A stretch of DNA of 62,839 nucleotides, counting the filler, from Choristocarpus tenellus KU-1152 (lineage: Eukaryota; Protista; Phaeophyceae): NCBI GenBank assembly GCA_964200185.2. It is 7 parts of 7 records of this genome, joined end to end, with 100 filler letters (N's around TTAATTAATTAA, not from the genome) between each part and the next. Parts side by side here need not be neighbours in the genome. Positions count along the whole stretch, not along the records: positions 35,048 to 52,898 come from CAXNAD020000620.1; 6 more parts are not named here. One strand, written 5' to 3'. A program made the position numbers and the translations under genes. Below the pieces are notes generated by a model. It ran no database searches. It saw only the letters and a list, made by a program, of their open reading frames with translations, and was not told where the DNA came from. Of the stretch, positions 35,294 to 48,500 are shown piece after piece (positions within the stretch are counted from its first letter, which is position 1; every line of letters begins with the position of its first letter).

Positions 35294-38200
35294 CCTGAAA
35301 TTGTCTCTCTCCAAGGTACCATCTCCATCAGTGTCCATCTCTCTGAAAAAGTGCCTCAGGTCTGCAGCAGTTCGTGCCTAAGGTTGGAGACAATTGGGCA
35401 GACCGCAAAGATTGTTCATAGCCTTGTAACAAAATGAAAGAGTTACAAAAAGGCAGCATATACATATACATACCACGGGCTATATCAATCCAAACATGCC
35501 TGTTTCCTCATCATGGTCTGGAGACGCATAGCCAGTCCAGGCTGTGCATCATTCCAACTGCCAGCATGACGTGCACAGAAGAGAAGGAGCTCCCGATAGT
35601 TCACCTCACCTTCCCAGCTGTATCTGTAAAAGAAATTTTCAGAGATACAAAGGTCCACTGTTGGGTCTGAGTGGTCTTGATTTGACTGGAGCAATGACCA
35701 TGGGAAACAGAGTGATACCATCTAAGAGGCGGGTGTTATTGAGTTTGAAGGGTCTCAATGACTGACTTGTGGTATATGTGCTTTGAACACACTGGAGAAT
35801 GGTATAAGCTAATAATGTGTTCACGGTCAATTTTTATCTACAGTCATACCCTCCTAAGGGTACCTAATTGCATATTAGGCATGAGCATAGTCTATATTGC
35901 TCAAGGTGGTCCTAAAAGGTATACAAACTTAAACAGGGCCAAAATTGACCCCCCTCATAGATGGTATCACTTACAATTACAAGGAAATATTTGGTGATAT
36001 TTTCTCTTCTTTGAGCTTCCATCCAATCATTCTACCCTGCCCATTTTGAAATCGCTGTTATTTCAATGCCCCAAAGTATGATGCAATACTCCATCCCTCT
36101 TGAGAGTATTATAACACTACTGCAGTACCTATTGGCTGCTTCATTTCCAGTGAACTTTCAATTCAGGCGCTGAATTTACAAATGAGGATAACATACACAC
36201 CACAGGGCTGGGTCATACCTAGGAGATTCCTCTATAGCAAGGGCATCCAGAAGCCTTGCCTCCTCCCTGTGACTAAGGTCACAGCCTTCATGACTAAGAG
36301 TTTGGAGAAAGTCGAGGGCTCCCATGGCACCACAATGGGAGGGATCTAATCTCATGAACCGTTGGCGGACACGAGACAACCAGGCCCTTCGTTTGATAGG
36401 GTCTGCCCCCATAGCTGCTAGTATCTGAAAAGTTGATGCGGAAGAATGAGGGATGAAAGGAAAAAGTAGACCTGCAGTCAGACCAAGGGAGTGTGTTCAT
36501 GACCCAGTGCATACCAGTTAGCCATTTAAGTAATGAACATTGGGCTACCTCCACATCTATGACTGCTTTGGGCCTTGTCCTAACAACTAGGATTGAACTG
36601 CCTTGAGCACTACACACATGCTACTTCGAGTGCGTAGCATGGTTTACAGATAACTTACTATTGAAACTCTGAGTACTGCACACTGCATTGCTAGGAGGAT
36701 AGGTAATAATATTATAGCACACAACAGATGTCTCACACAAGGCAGGGATCCCCCTGTAGTGCCTTCTATTTGTTCCATAGCATTTATTTACCCCCTGTGG
36801 CCACTGAACATCCACCGGTGCATTCCACAACCTCTTATTTCTGGGATGGGATACACCAGGGAATATTGCAACCCCGTGGACCATTTAAAGCACCAAAGTA
36901 CCACACAGTTTGGATGTATGCTATTTTTTTAGAAAATTATGACCAGCATACAAACATAGAAAGAGGGATCCAAGTCTTCTACAAGCACCAGAGAGTCCAC
37001 TGTGAGAATATCTTTTTGTAACATATCATACAGATTTGATGCAATACTTTTTTAGGCAATGCATAGCACTACACATAATGGCAATCTTACTCAGAGCAGC
37101 AGTGGGTGGCAATAGTTTTGAGACAGTTGGTCACATACATCCTTCGTCTATTTCCACAGTTAATTTTGGTTTGGAGCATGGCACTGTTGTAAACAAACAC
37201 ATAAGGTGAATACAATGATTTGCAGTCACCAAACATTAAAATATACCCCTTTGCTCTAAACTAAGGGTCAATCACATTTTATTGCAAGAACACACACAAA
37301 AGTCAAGAACCATGTAGATACCCTTCTTTCTCTTCAGAACATCAAAGGTGCTCTTGGACACCTTGGGAGAATGAAACCGAAATCCCTCATCTTTACCATC
37401 AAAACCAGCGACACAAAATAGGGCTTAACAGTGGGTTTTCCCAGGAAATTGGACACTCTCTCCCATAGGCTTAGTGTGCAACTGTATTGCATACCAAACA
37501 AATAACATCAACTTACTTCAACCTGTATTTATATGTTACATATGACACAAGTAGAGGTAAATTTGAGATACTCCCCCCTGTTTTCAACCAATCTCTATCT
37601 GAGATACCACAAAGAGTGGTAATGTCTTGAGGCTACTAGACCAGTATAGGGGCAGATAGACCCAAGAGCATACCCCGATTTTACAGTAGCAAGATTCTGG
37701 GGTTCACATCTCCTCTCTCATCCTGGATTGCCTTGTCAGCAGTGCTAGTCTCTCTGCGTCATACCACACAGGTTCTGTAGCGATTATTATGGTCTTCCAT
37801 GACTGGTGGAAATGGTCAGATAGTCCACTGCAAGTCACCCTTTTATTAGCAGATTTTCATTCTCTTCAAAGTTGGTAAAATGATTGATAGAAGGAGACAC
37901 AAGAACAGATGGGTTGTACCTTTTGACAAGTACCAGTTATGGAGGACTAGATTAGAGTGGAGGGCCCTGATCACCATTCAGATCTGTGTTTATCAGACTG
38001 AGACTGGACATGACCAGGCATTTCAAGACAACAGGTGAGGCATGGGTTTCCAAACCTTGCTCTTGTACACTCAGAGATATCCTCCTGAGTCCACAAAAAA
38101 TTGCATAGTCAAACAACGGAACAATGGCCCCTCATATCTTGGAGGTGTTGTAGATGACCAATCATTGTTACCAGAATTAGCATGGTTTGATCACCAATGG

Positions 38201-41058
38201 GTAGATAAATGAAGGGCCTACAAAGGAACTCATTCTGGTGACAAGATGCTGGAAAAGTTCCTATCAAAGGCCCCATTTTCACTTTACTACAAATTTGAAA
38301 TATATCGACACTCAAAGACACGAGGGTATTGATTGCTATCCTTTGATGTGTCTTGTTGGGGTGAACCGATGTTTGCAAACACTTGACTGCAAGAGTGTTG
38401 GTAACCTACGACCTCAATATCGGTTTATTAAGGCACTGTCGAAATCGCTAGGTCTTTATCAATGATACTTATTCTGACAGCAAAGACAGCTGTACATATT
38501 CACCATCTCCTGTGGCCCTATAGACCATTGTTATAGCATGTCCCACATGCCTGAGATACAAGTGAGTGCACCCCCATAAAATATCTGTTTAGTCCCTATT
38601 CCTGTGTGAAGCCTGTATATGCTTTCAAAACAGAATGTTGGAGTATTAAACCAAGTACAGGGTTGTCATGTCTTATTGAGGCATTTCTTGACACAAAAAG
38701 TGGGTTCCCACAAGAGCATCATCCGAACTTGGAGGATGCATGGTACTCCTTATGTGTATCTTCCACCTACAAATACTAAGTATATTCTAAGTATGTAGAA
38801 TATTTATGTCCAACATAAAGATAACGCTTTGTCTACTATGTACTCCAAACCGTTTTGTGTTGTAGGCACAGTCCAGTAGGTAGGATGAAGAAAGGAGGGG
38901 GTGGTGGATACCTCAATTCAACCCAATCATCTGTTTCTTTGAAGTACAAATTGACTACACAGCTTTGCAGAGTCTAGTTTCTTTCCATGACATGTGTTGA
39001 AACTTCACTCAAGGAGTATCATCAAGATAGGCAAAGACTCACTTTGAAGCACAAAGAGGGGTCGGTTGAGCGAATTACCAACCTTCTCGGCAATGCCCAC
39101 TTCAGCCTCATGCCAGTCAGAAAGATGACTGCAGTAGAAGTCCAGCAACTCTCCATACCGTATGCCCTGACCCTCTTCCACCCTGAGAGCAGCCTGGAGT
39201 TGCAGCATTTCTTGTGGTTCTAACTCGATTCCCATGTTGTGCAGGCTTGAAGCAAAGTCACTTCTGTAATGATTGATTGTCAGAGAGTGTAGAGGAATGA
39301 CCAAGGAAAAGGTAAGTATTCATGACTCTGTTTGTACACACTCGGCTATAGGTAGTGAGAACTTGAGATGAGGTGGAGTGGGGGACATAGGCTTTGCCAG
39401 TTCAGCTCTGCATGTTCTATGGATGGCACGTGGAGCAAGTTCCAGTCAATGGTGACAAACAATGTTAGTATCAAAGATAAATTATACTCATCCTCTACAG
39501 AGAAGGTATGTTACAGGTTTTTGCTGGGTGAAACACTATGGATTCACGAACCTGTCAATGACCCCAGTATTGCCAGCATCTATGCTTTGGAGTCTATGCT
39601 TTGTGCTGTTGAACCATGTCCGCCTTGCATCATTCCCTCCGTGTATTTCCATTTGATGCAAGAGCTGCAGTTGTGAGTACAGGTGTTCGGCAACAAGATA
39701 GATACTCTGTTATACCAAGTAAGATTTTTATCATATGCTTATTGCTGTCTAAGTTAGTTTTCACTACTGATGAACAGAACAAGGGGCCAATTATACCCTC
39801 ATGTGAAGGTCAATACCACAGAGAAGTGGTGTTGATGGAAATCAGATTGTACAATAATTTCAGGTCTTGTGCACACCTTATTTTCTTTGGAGATAAATGA
39901 GGGAAAATTGCACAGAGTATCTACCGGGCAATATTCTGATTGCTTTCAGAGGAGGTTGGCAGTGAACACCCATGAAGAGTTAGTAGGATATTTTCTCTGG
40001 CTGATGGTGTGATATTCAGAGCAATTGAATAGGTAAGCCAAGGGAGCTAGGACATAACTTGAGCAGTTGAAATATCTAATTTATTTGCAACAGGCTGTCC
40101 ACAGCAAGAGTAACATGCACCCCTCTCCTGTCCCTAAGGTCATGGGCTCACCATACCACCAATACCATGGCTAGACACTTCAGTTTCCTTTCAAATTTAA
40201 GGTTGTACCTCAAGAAGAAGAGGAAGGGGGAGTGAAAGCATTTATGAGGGTAGGGCCACGTCCGTTCGAGATCATAAATCCAATGTTGTGATTTTGATGG
40301 ATTTTGGGTATCTTCTTTGTTAGCAAAGCATCAATATTCTTGCTCCAGACACACCTTTGTACACATTTTAGGTAACTGTCTTAACACAGAAAATGACAAA
40401 GGGTATGAAAAACCCGTGGGAAGTCAAGCCCCGAAGGGAAAAACAGGGCAATACTTCTACCCTCTTACATGCGTTGGGTTGGGGGTGTCTTCACACTAGT
40501 GACGGACTTGATCATTGTCTATAGCTGTTATCTCTTCTCATGCTGGGTCAGCCAGTCAAATTGTACAAGGTGTACTGCTTGTATTTCGTTGTGACCACAT
40601 TTCACCTTCTGAGCCAGCTCATTGTCCACGCCATACCACACATCCTCTCTCGCCTTTGATGTACCTTCTTTGTCCCATTCAGCAAAAAAATCAAAAAACT
40701 CCTGGAAAACAGGCATTGTGGGTTTGATAGATGTATACTGTTGTGAGATTTGATTGATTATGCTTGAGAACTATGCCTCTGGGTGATACATGTCAATTGC
40801 GGATGTGAGAAGAGACAAAGAGATGAGGAGATAGAGTGTTGAATTGACGATGAAGCAACAAAGTAACTAAGTAAGTAACAAAGTAACAAAGTGGCAAGAA
40901 AAGTCAACCATTTTACATGAGCTAAAAATCGAACATTTTGAAGGCAATGAATGCAGTCGATAGTACTTCTACATCAAGTAGTATACTGGGAAAAGCGTGA
41001 AGTCTACTCTCTTCAGAGGTTCAGAGGATGCCCTAGTGTATGTAGAGTGCTGAGGACA

Positions 41059-41099
<41 letters not shown>

Positions 41100-42470
41100 C
41101 ACTTATGTGGTCATCTCACCGATTCATTTTGTCTGCCTGCCAAACCAGTCAGAAACACAGTACAGCTGCAAGTTAAAACAATGATGACTTCCATGATCTC
41201 AATTGGAGGAGAAAAGGTTGACTGTACTTTTAATAGATTGTCTGGGTCATTTGAGCCCCAGATGAATTCATCGGCACTCCAGATAACTTGGTTGTGGTTT
41301 GGATATCATGATATTGATCCATACCAAATGCTGGAGTATGAAGCGCTGAGTGCTACCTATATACCACCCCGGGCGAGACCCTCAAGGGCATCCATCCCCT
41401 TGACTGTAGTGAGTTGTTCCACTCAGAACTATGTAGCACCCCAGAGCATTCTAGAATCTTCAGTGGGGGGATCCCTGAACCCGGAATGTAATCAGAGAAA
41501 TTGGGTTCGGCAAACAAGCAGATCTACCTGAGTCTAGGCCCCCTGAAAGGAGTGAATGTATCTTAGTTTCTGCCCTGTAAGTTACTTTGAGTGAAAGGTG
41601 AGTTAAAGGTATACTCTGTGGGAAGTAACAAAATACACCAGTCAGATGACCCCAAGATACATTGTTGTAAGCCAAATAATATTGTAAACAGACTGTGTTG
41701 TAAACAGACATTGTTGTAAGTCAAATAATTTTGTAAACAGACTGTGTTGTAAACAGATATTGTTGTAAGTCAATTACTCAAGGATCAATTGCTTTAGGTC
41801 CGATTAATACAAATTATAGAGTGTAAAGGAGGTGGGGGTTGGTTTGCCTTATGAAAAAGCCCATGGTATTTAAATGCCCACCACTCTACAATGAATGTAG
41901 TACCACATGAAAAATTGAGTGTAGTGTCTGTCCCCTGTATGATGTTGAATCGGTGAACAAGATTCTACCATAAACAGATGAGTATGTTGTCCTGCTCAAC
42001 AACCCAATCTTAACAGCATATGTTCTGGCACACACTGCTTATTGCCTGAGAATTTGATTTGACAGTCTACTTCAGGAAATAGTCACCAGAAAACCACCCT
42101 AAAGGGGGCACTGTTCTCATGCCTCCGACCTCTCCCATGATCCATATCATGAGGGTTGGAGGAGCCACTGAGGACAGGACTGAGACTCAATTGCTTACCC
42201 TACTGGCAATTAGCATGGGATGCACTGTAAGAATGACACTGACACATGCAAAGTGCAGGAAAGTGAAGACTGTGAGCCACAATCGGCCCAACACGTGCAG
42301 AGGACCATCAGGCATTGAAAAAGGGGTGCAGCCCTACAATTCACTGACAGAAGCAGTGCCTTCCCAAGAGGCATAACTCCCATGAAAGTACCTGAACACC
42401 ATTTATAAGCACTACACCCCCTGTATGTTTTCATGTTTACATTTTCCACCTCCTTTCCCAGGCTTGAACA

Positions 42471-42517
<47 letters not shown>

Positions 42518-45500
42518 TTTCTTAGTTTATTGAGTCATTCCACGCCTTGAGGAACAGTTCGTAACTTGTGTATTAAGTAATTCAAATGATCCTCAAGGAC
42601 TTACCTCCCAGGAAACATTTTTTTCCTTGTTGTTGACAAGGTGATCCAAGAGAGCTACCCCCTCCTCCTCGGTGATGACTATACTGCCACTGTCTAGCTC
42701 GGCCAATGCAAGCTTGAGGGCTCGGAGAAACTCCCTTGGACCCAGCTTACCCTCACCGTTCAGGTCAAAATCGTAGAATCTGGTAGATCAATATTGATGT
42801 TAGAAAAATATATGATTATTAGCAATGCTATCAAGATCTGTTCTGAGTACAGCCAGTTGTCAAAGATGAATGCACCAATCTGCACTTGTTTGCCCTTGTG
42901 CATCTTTTTAGTTTCTCTAAATTCCTGGCATTCTCAATGTGGGCAAATTGTCACTTCTGCCCTGCCAGGATTCATTGAGACATAGCAAGCACTCAAAGCA
43001 GATCTCATTCCAGGGATAAGACTCATGCTACTATTATAGTAATAAGAAGATCCAAAATATACCTGCGACAAAATCTAAACTTGCATTCCCACACAAGATA
43101 TGGTAAAAAAAAGGAAAAGATAAACATCCCTTCCAAGTCTAGATTGTGTTGTTAGAGCAATGATATCGATGAAGTACCCTTGACAGGTAGTGACGGAGAC
43201 TTTCATTTTGCAAGATTTTGTCTGGAAGGAAAGAACATTTTGACCCAAATACACACAGCCACTAGAAATAAGAACTTGATGAACATGGTTGAGTTTCTCG
43301 AACATTGAGATACCACTGATCCACTGGGGGAGATAGTCCCACAACTATCTTCGCTGCTGGAACAGTGGTAGATCAATATCTAACCCTAACCCTAACCTAC
43401 CCAGCAAAATGCGTTGGCTGTTGTCCCACTAATCGTGCACTCTCCCCTAACAGTCATCTCATTCATTGCCTTTCCCCATGAGCCAGTCAGTCCCTGGACC
43501 CCTCTCTCACTCTATCTTTTCCCTCCCACTGTAGGGAGTCGAGAAAGCGGTCTGGCCAGGATTCAATCCCACAACCTTTGATCATCTTCATTGAGGTAGT
43601 TAACTTACCTTTGCTTCAACCTCCCAACCCAACCTCGTGTCTGCCGCTCACTGAGCTTTGATTGCAGTCGCCTGGCTAATTGAGGCAGTTTGTCATACCT
43701 GCCAAGAAAGTACACAGCATTCCTAGAGTTATTGCCTGTTCTTTTCACAACCTTGACTAACATGATTTGATCGTGTAGTCCTAAGTTCTTTTTGTACTTT
43801 GGAGTAGTTAGTTGTGAGATATTGATGATCTTCTTTTAGGTGAGTTTGTCAAGGGACTGAGGCAACTACTCTGATCCGAATCTAGATGTGAACGTGTTGA
43901 AGGGACCAGGTGCATGAGATGCACTTTCATGTCACCCTTGTTGGCGGTGCTGTTTAGCAACAACTCACCATTTCCCTCTTTTTCTCAATCTTGATGCAGC
44001 GGTCTGGCTTGTATCCATCCCTATGCTTTCCTCAATTACATCGACGATATGCCTAACAAGGGGGGAGGCATTGGTGAGAAGAGCAATGAGATGGCATGCA
44101 AACTTGGGATTGCCCTACTATGTGAGCCCTTAGACTGGATGCCAGTGTCTGTGATTTCATTATGATGACTTGAGGCTATGGTAAATGCCAAAATGGTCCA
44201 TTGTTGGAAGAAGAAGAGCGGTCGTTTCTGACACTTCTTCTCCAGAGTTTAGAGGTGATAGGTACAATCAATGCTATGATCATCAGCTGGCTTCTAACCT
44301 GACAAGGGGAGCATACTCCACCCTGACGCAATGGCGGCCCTTGCCCTCTCTCCCTTGTGTGTTTGTTTCATGCCCACCTTTCATATTACTGGAGGTTCCA
44401 ATTAGGTTTTGGTCAGGTCGTTGGTATTTTTCTACCAGTACCGTGACCTGGAATATGAGTCAAGGCACAAGGAGGACGAGGGGAGGAGTATATAGGGAAA
44501 GGAGAGGCAAGTAAGTAGTTATCGATATGTACTCTGGAGTGTAAAGAGTTGCGTAGAGGAGCAGGAAGATGTGAAGCGTTCCCATTTGCTAGCTGGTGCT
44601 TCTATAGTCAACGCGTTCCTGTTGCTAGTGTCCTGTGCCTGACAGGGCTATCTGCCTTTCAATGAATCTACAGTACATCTGTCAAATGTCACGTGTATTC
44701 ATTGAACAAAAGGAAAATCTAGAAGTGAATCTGGACTCGGAATCTGCATGCAGCCATTTCTAGCTCTGTCCAGACTGTTACATGTAGAGAATTAGAGATC
44801 GAGTCGTAAATAGACCATGAGGGTCAGAGTGTGCTGGGGAACTATTGTTGTTGAGTCCTACTTCACACACCTCACCAGGTTGCAGGCTGATCCCAATATC
44901 CTCCAATGCCAAGCTCAAGTCTCTAGGGCTGATCACGCCTGTACTGAAGGGATCCCTTCTTCTAAACTTTCGTACCACTGCTTCGGCAGTTGCACAACCT
45001 TGCTTGGGGTTTGTGCTGTTACTACAGCCTGTACCCATCAACAGAGCCTTGCAGTCGATCAGAGAGACCTGCTCTCGCAGCTGATGAGACATGTAAACAA
45101 ACGGTTGAGCAAAGAACCTACGCAGATGAGCACATGTGAAGTGTTTTTCGTACTATTGGCAACTGCTGATGCTACTAGCATGTTCGGGGTAAAAAAAAAT
45201 CAAGTTGTTAAATTGTGTAGGCTGTCTCATGGCTATTAGTGATCAAGAAATGTCAAAACAATGTTGATGGTCTTGTCAGGTTTATGGTGCTAAAGGTGAA
45301 AGAATGGAAGCGACCTGATTATCAAACGACAAAGTGTCAAACTAATTGAGAGGTAGGTAGCTTTGGGCTCTTTTGTATTCTAAGCTATCCTTCTAACCGT
45401 GTGCAATACACTACTTTTCATTGGTTAATGTACACATCAGTAGTGCACACAAAATTGATACTCTCCTTTCTGCAGTCAAAGTGGCATCACAATTCAACAA

Positions 45501-48500
45501 AGGCTCTTTCGCATTTCTTAGGATCCTTCAAATGCAGCTTGCCTACCTCTCACTTTAGCCAAAGAGTGACACATTTTCCCCGAACTGAACTATACAATAG
45601 CACACCTACAGACCCTTCTTACCTCTGTCAGCACTTCACCGAAAGATTTCATTGGCTCCAAGAATACTCTATCCCCGTAGACTGTACCTCCCAAATAGGC
45701 ACTTCTCCCAATCTGAGAGGCAGTGCCAGCCTTGTGGAGGGAATCTGATACTGGGTCCATGTCTCCTGGTGGAATATCATGCAGCATATTAGACCAACTG
45801 ACTTGTTCTACTTCCAACTGAAGTATTGCAGTCTAACTCCAACTTCTCCTCCTCCTCCTAGTAGTACTTTAGTACAGTCCCAGTATGAATACCTCCAGTG
45901 TGTGGGGACCAAAGTAAGGGCGTGTACAAAAGATCACATTGATGGGTGGACATTGTAATTATGATGGGGACAGGAGTGCACCAAAACTCACTCACTTGAA
46001 CTAAGACCGATCAAAGGGGGTGACAGCTCCATGCCTGACAGAATACCTGATGCATATGTATCAGGAGCAGCATACCATTCCTGGCAGAGGATGGGAGGAA
46101 TTCGAGCAAATTGTCCTGAAAAAAGAAATGATGTGGTACCCCCTGTCAATCTCTATTGGTAGTGCTATGTATTTTTATACAATAGTACTGTTCAGTCCTA
46201 TCTATGGTCAACTATCCTAGTGGAGATGCACAGTCCAATATTGTGGTTATAGGGTAGAGCCACACCTGTTCTGCACCAATATCCTCGCACATTGCCATAA
46301 ATTCTGAAATATCAATTCTTCCCTCTTGGTCTGTGCCTAGACCTGTTTTGATGACCTCAATATCTTCAAGAGTGAGGTTATATCCAGATTCCTTGAGTGC
46401 CGATGTCACCTTTATGCAATGGACAACACAGTACCAAAGGTGGCTGTATTTGGACCCACTGGACAAGGGATCACCATGCTAGCTGGGACTGCCATGTTCA
46501 GATGTGAAGAACGCATTAAGTCTTGATGCCTGGTAAGGAATCTGCAGGATGTATCTAAATCAACAATACCACCATGCGCAAGGAAACAGTACATTTTATG
46601 CCCATTTTCGAGATGATGATATGTTGAGGAAGATTGATTAGTGCTAATTTGCATCCTTAGCTATGCTATGCTGCCCGCTCAGGATTAAATTCTCAATTTC
46701 TAACCTGTAATCCCTTGTTGCCTATATGATAGCACAGTGCTGTAGGGGAGTCAACTTGACTGCATCACCTGTCTATCAGTGACAAAGTTGCTCTTGTCAT
46801 AGTCAAGTCTTCCAACCCACTCTCTCAGGTCAGCCAAGCACTGCATCCCTCCACTGGCTACTTCCCATGCCAGTTTGCGCTCGTGTGCCGCTGTGGGTAA
46901 GGAGAAGCGTTAATTCAGAGCAACAAATATATATCTAGTTGGGAATCCTGCGGGGGACTCAGCTCTGAGGAGAAGGCAATAGTTGATCCAGAAATGTATT
47001 GAAAAACTGCTCCAAATCATGCCTGAGTACAAAGATGGCGAACAAAGTGCCACTGCAGGTATATGCCACCTATCAATAGGGCTATTAGTACTAACTTCAA
47101 CTCACCTATGACTCCTTGGCCAGTTTTTGCTGCCCTGGACTTCCCTTTGTGTATCTTTGATGGGATCATTGGAGACTTTGAAGGACTCCTTTGTCCGAAA
47201 CCACCATATTTCCCATCGTCTAATCCCAGATCCTCATTCACTTCACCCCACTGTCCAAAAAGGCGAGTGGCATGGTCTCCGCGACGGGGTGGTCGAGGGA
47301 CTGTCCCTCTCCCAGCCTGTGTTAACAGAACATTGCAAAACATCGAGATAATAGCTTTCAAGCAACATTTCACTCTATTCTTTAGGGCAGACGTAGCAAA
47401 TAGCTTGAGATACAGATCACAGGTACAGAGAGAGTGTTTGCTTGTTTTATATTCAGGGAAATTGTAGCAACTGGATTTGTGACTGTGATCACCTGCAATG
47501 TATCTTCCCATGCTACTGCATGATGACCCATATCTACAGGCCTGTCCCATGGTTCCTCACCGTCCGAAGGAAGTCCAAGACTCTTTTCCAGATCAACTCC
47601 CTGCTTGTGCAAGAGTCTGGGCATTAGTCTCAAGACTGTTCAACCAACTGCATAGGTGATGGTTCGGGTAGAAGATTGGGTCAGAGGCAGGAGGATAAAC
47701 ACTATATAAGAAGGCTTCACACAAACAGATAGGGGTTGGGAATTGTACATGCTTTGGGTAGGATACCTCCCAGAAATGAAAATTGCACAACACCAATGTG
47801 TTTTGACAAGGATGATTGAGATTGTGTAATATTGGGGAGGATGTAAATGGCATTCATGATGAGTGCATGGGTCGAACCTCTTTGGCTGCCATCTTACTGG
47901 CAGCACGCTTGAGCCTGGCGTAGCAGTACTTCAAGTCCTCAACCTCCTCAAAGAATCCTAGATCAAAGGTATCTAGCTCCATACGCAATCGATTATTTTC
48001 CATCGCAATTCTTGAGGTATAGTCGTTGGTCTTTCCCTTCATACCCTGCTGTGCAGACCCAGTGGCGCCTCTATATTTCCCCTCTCCAATCAAAACGGGT
48101 CTTGATGGTGATGACTCTTTAGGACTAGATCCTCCTTCATCCCACAAGCTGCTCTTATTGACCCAATCAACTTCATTACCATCTTTAAGGCCATTTTTTT
48201 CTGGGAAGGGTTCCACCAGTAATGCCTCTTCTCTATAGCTGTTGCCTAGGTTGGTGTCCAGAGTTTTGCATGCCAAATTGTTGGACATGGATAATTCCTT
48301 GCCACTGTGGCATACTCGGTTCCTGTGGGGCATCACAAATCGGTATATTGACCTCCTGTCGTTATGTGGTTGCTTTTTGTGTTGACTGGGACTGTCTGCT
48401 TAGCCTCTTCATGGTAGGACACAGGTTGTAGTATTGACCTGAAGCCAAGATTGGGTGTTGCTGAACTCCTAATTTAAGTGTGTTTTCAAGTACTCCTATT

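Noticed and set aside
43390-43585. tRNA gene (similar B-box-like motifs at about 31610 and 55357)
   Set aside because: Only a T-loop/B-box-like motif is visible and no cloverleaf could be built; probably SINE remnants.
43847-44644. Solo LTR (TGTCA...TGACA)
   Set aside because: No matching TSD, and the interval contains a phase-compatible host exon (44052-43968).
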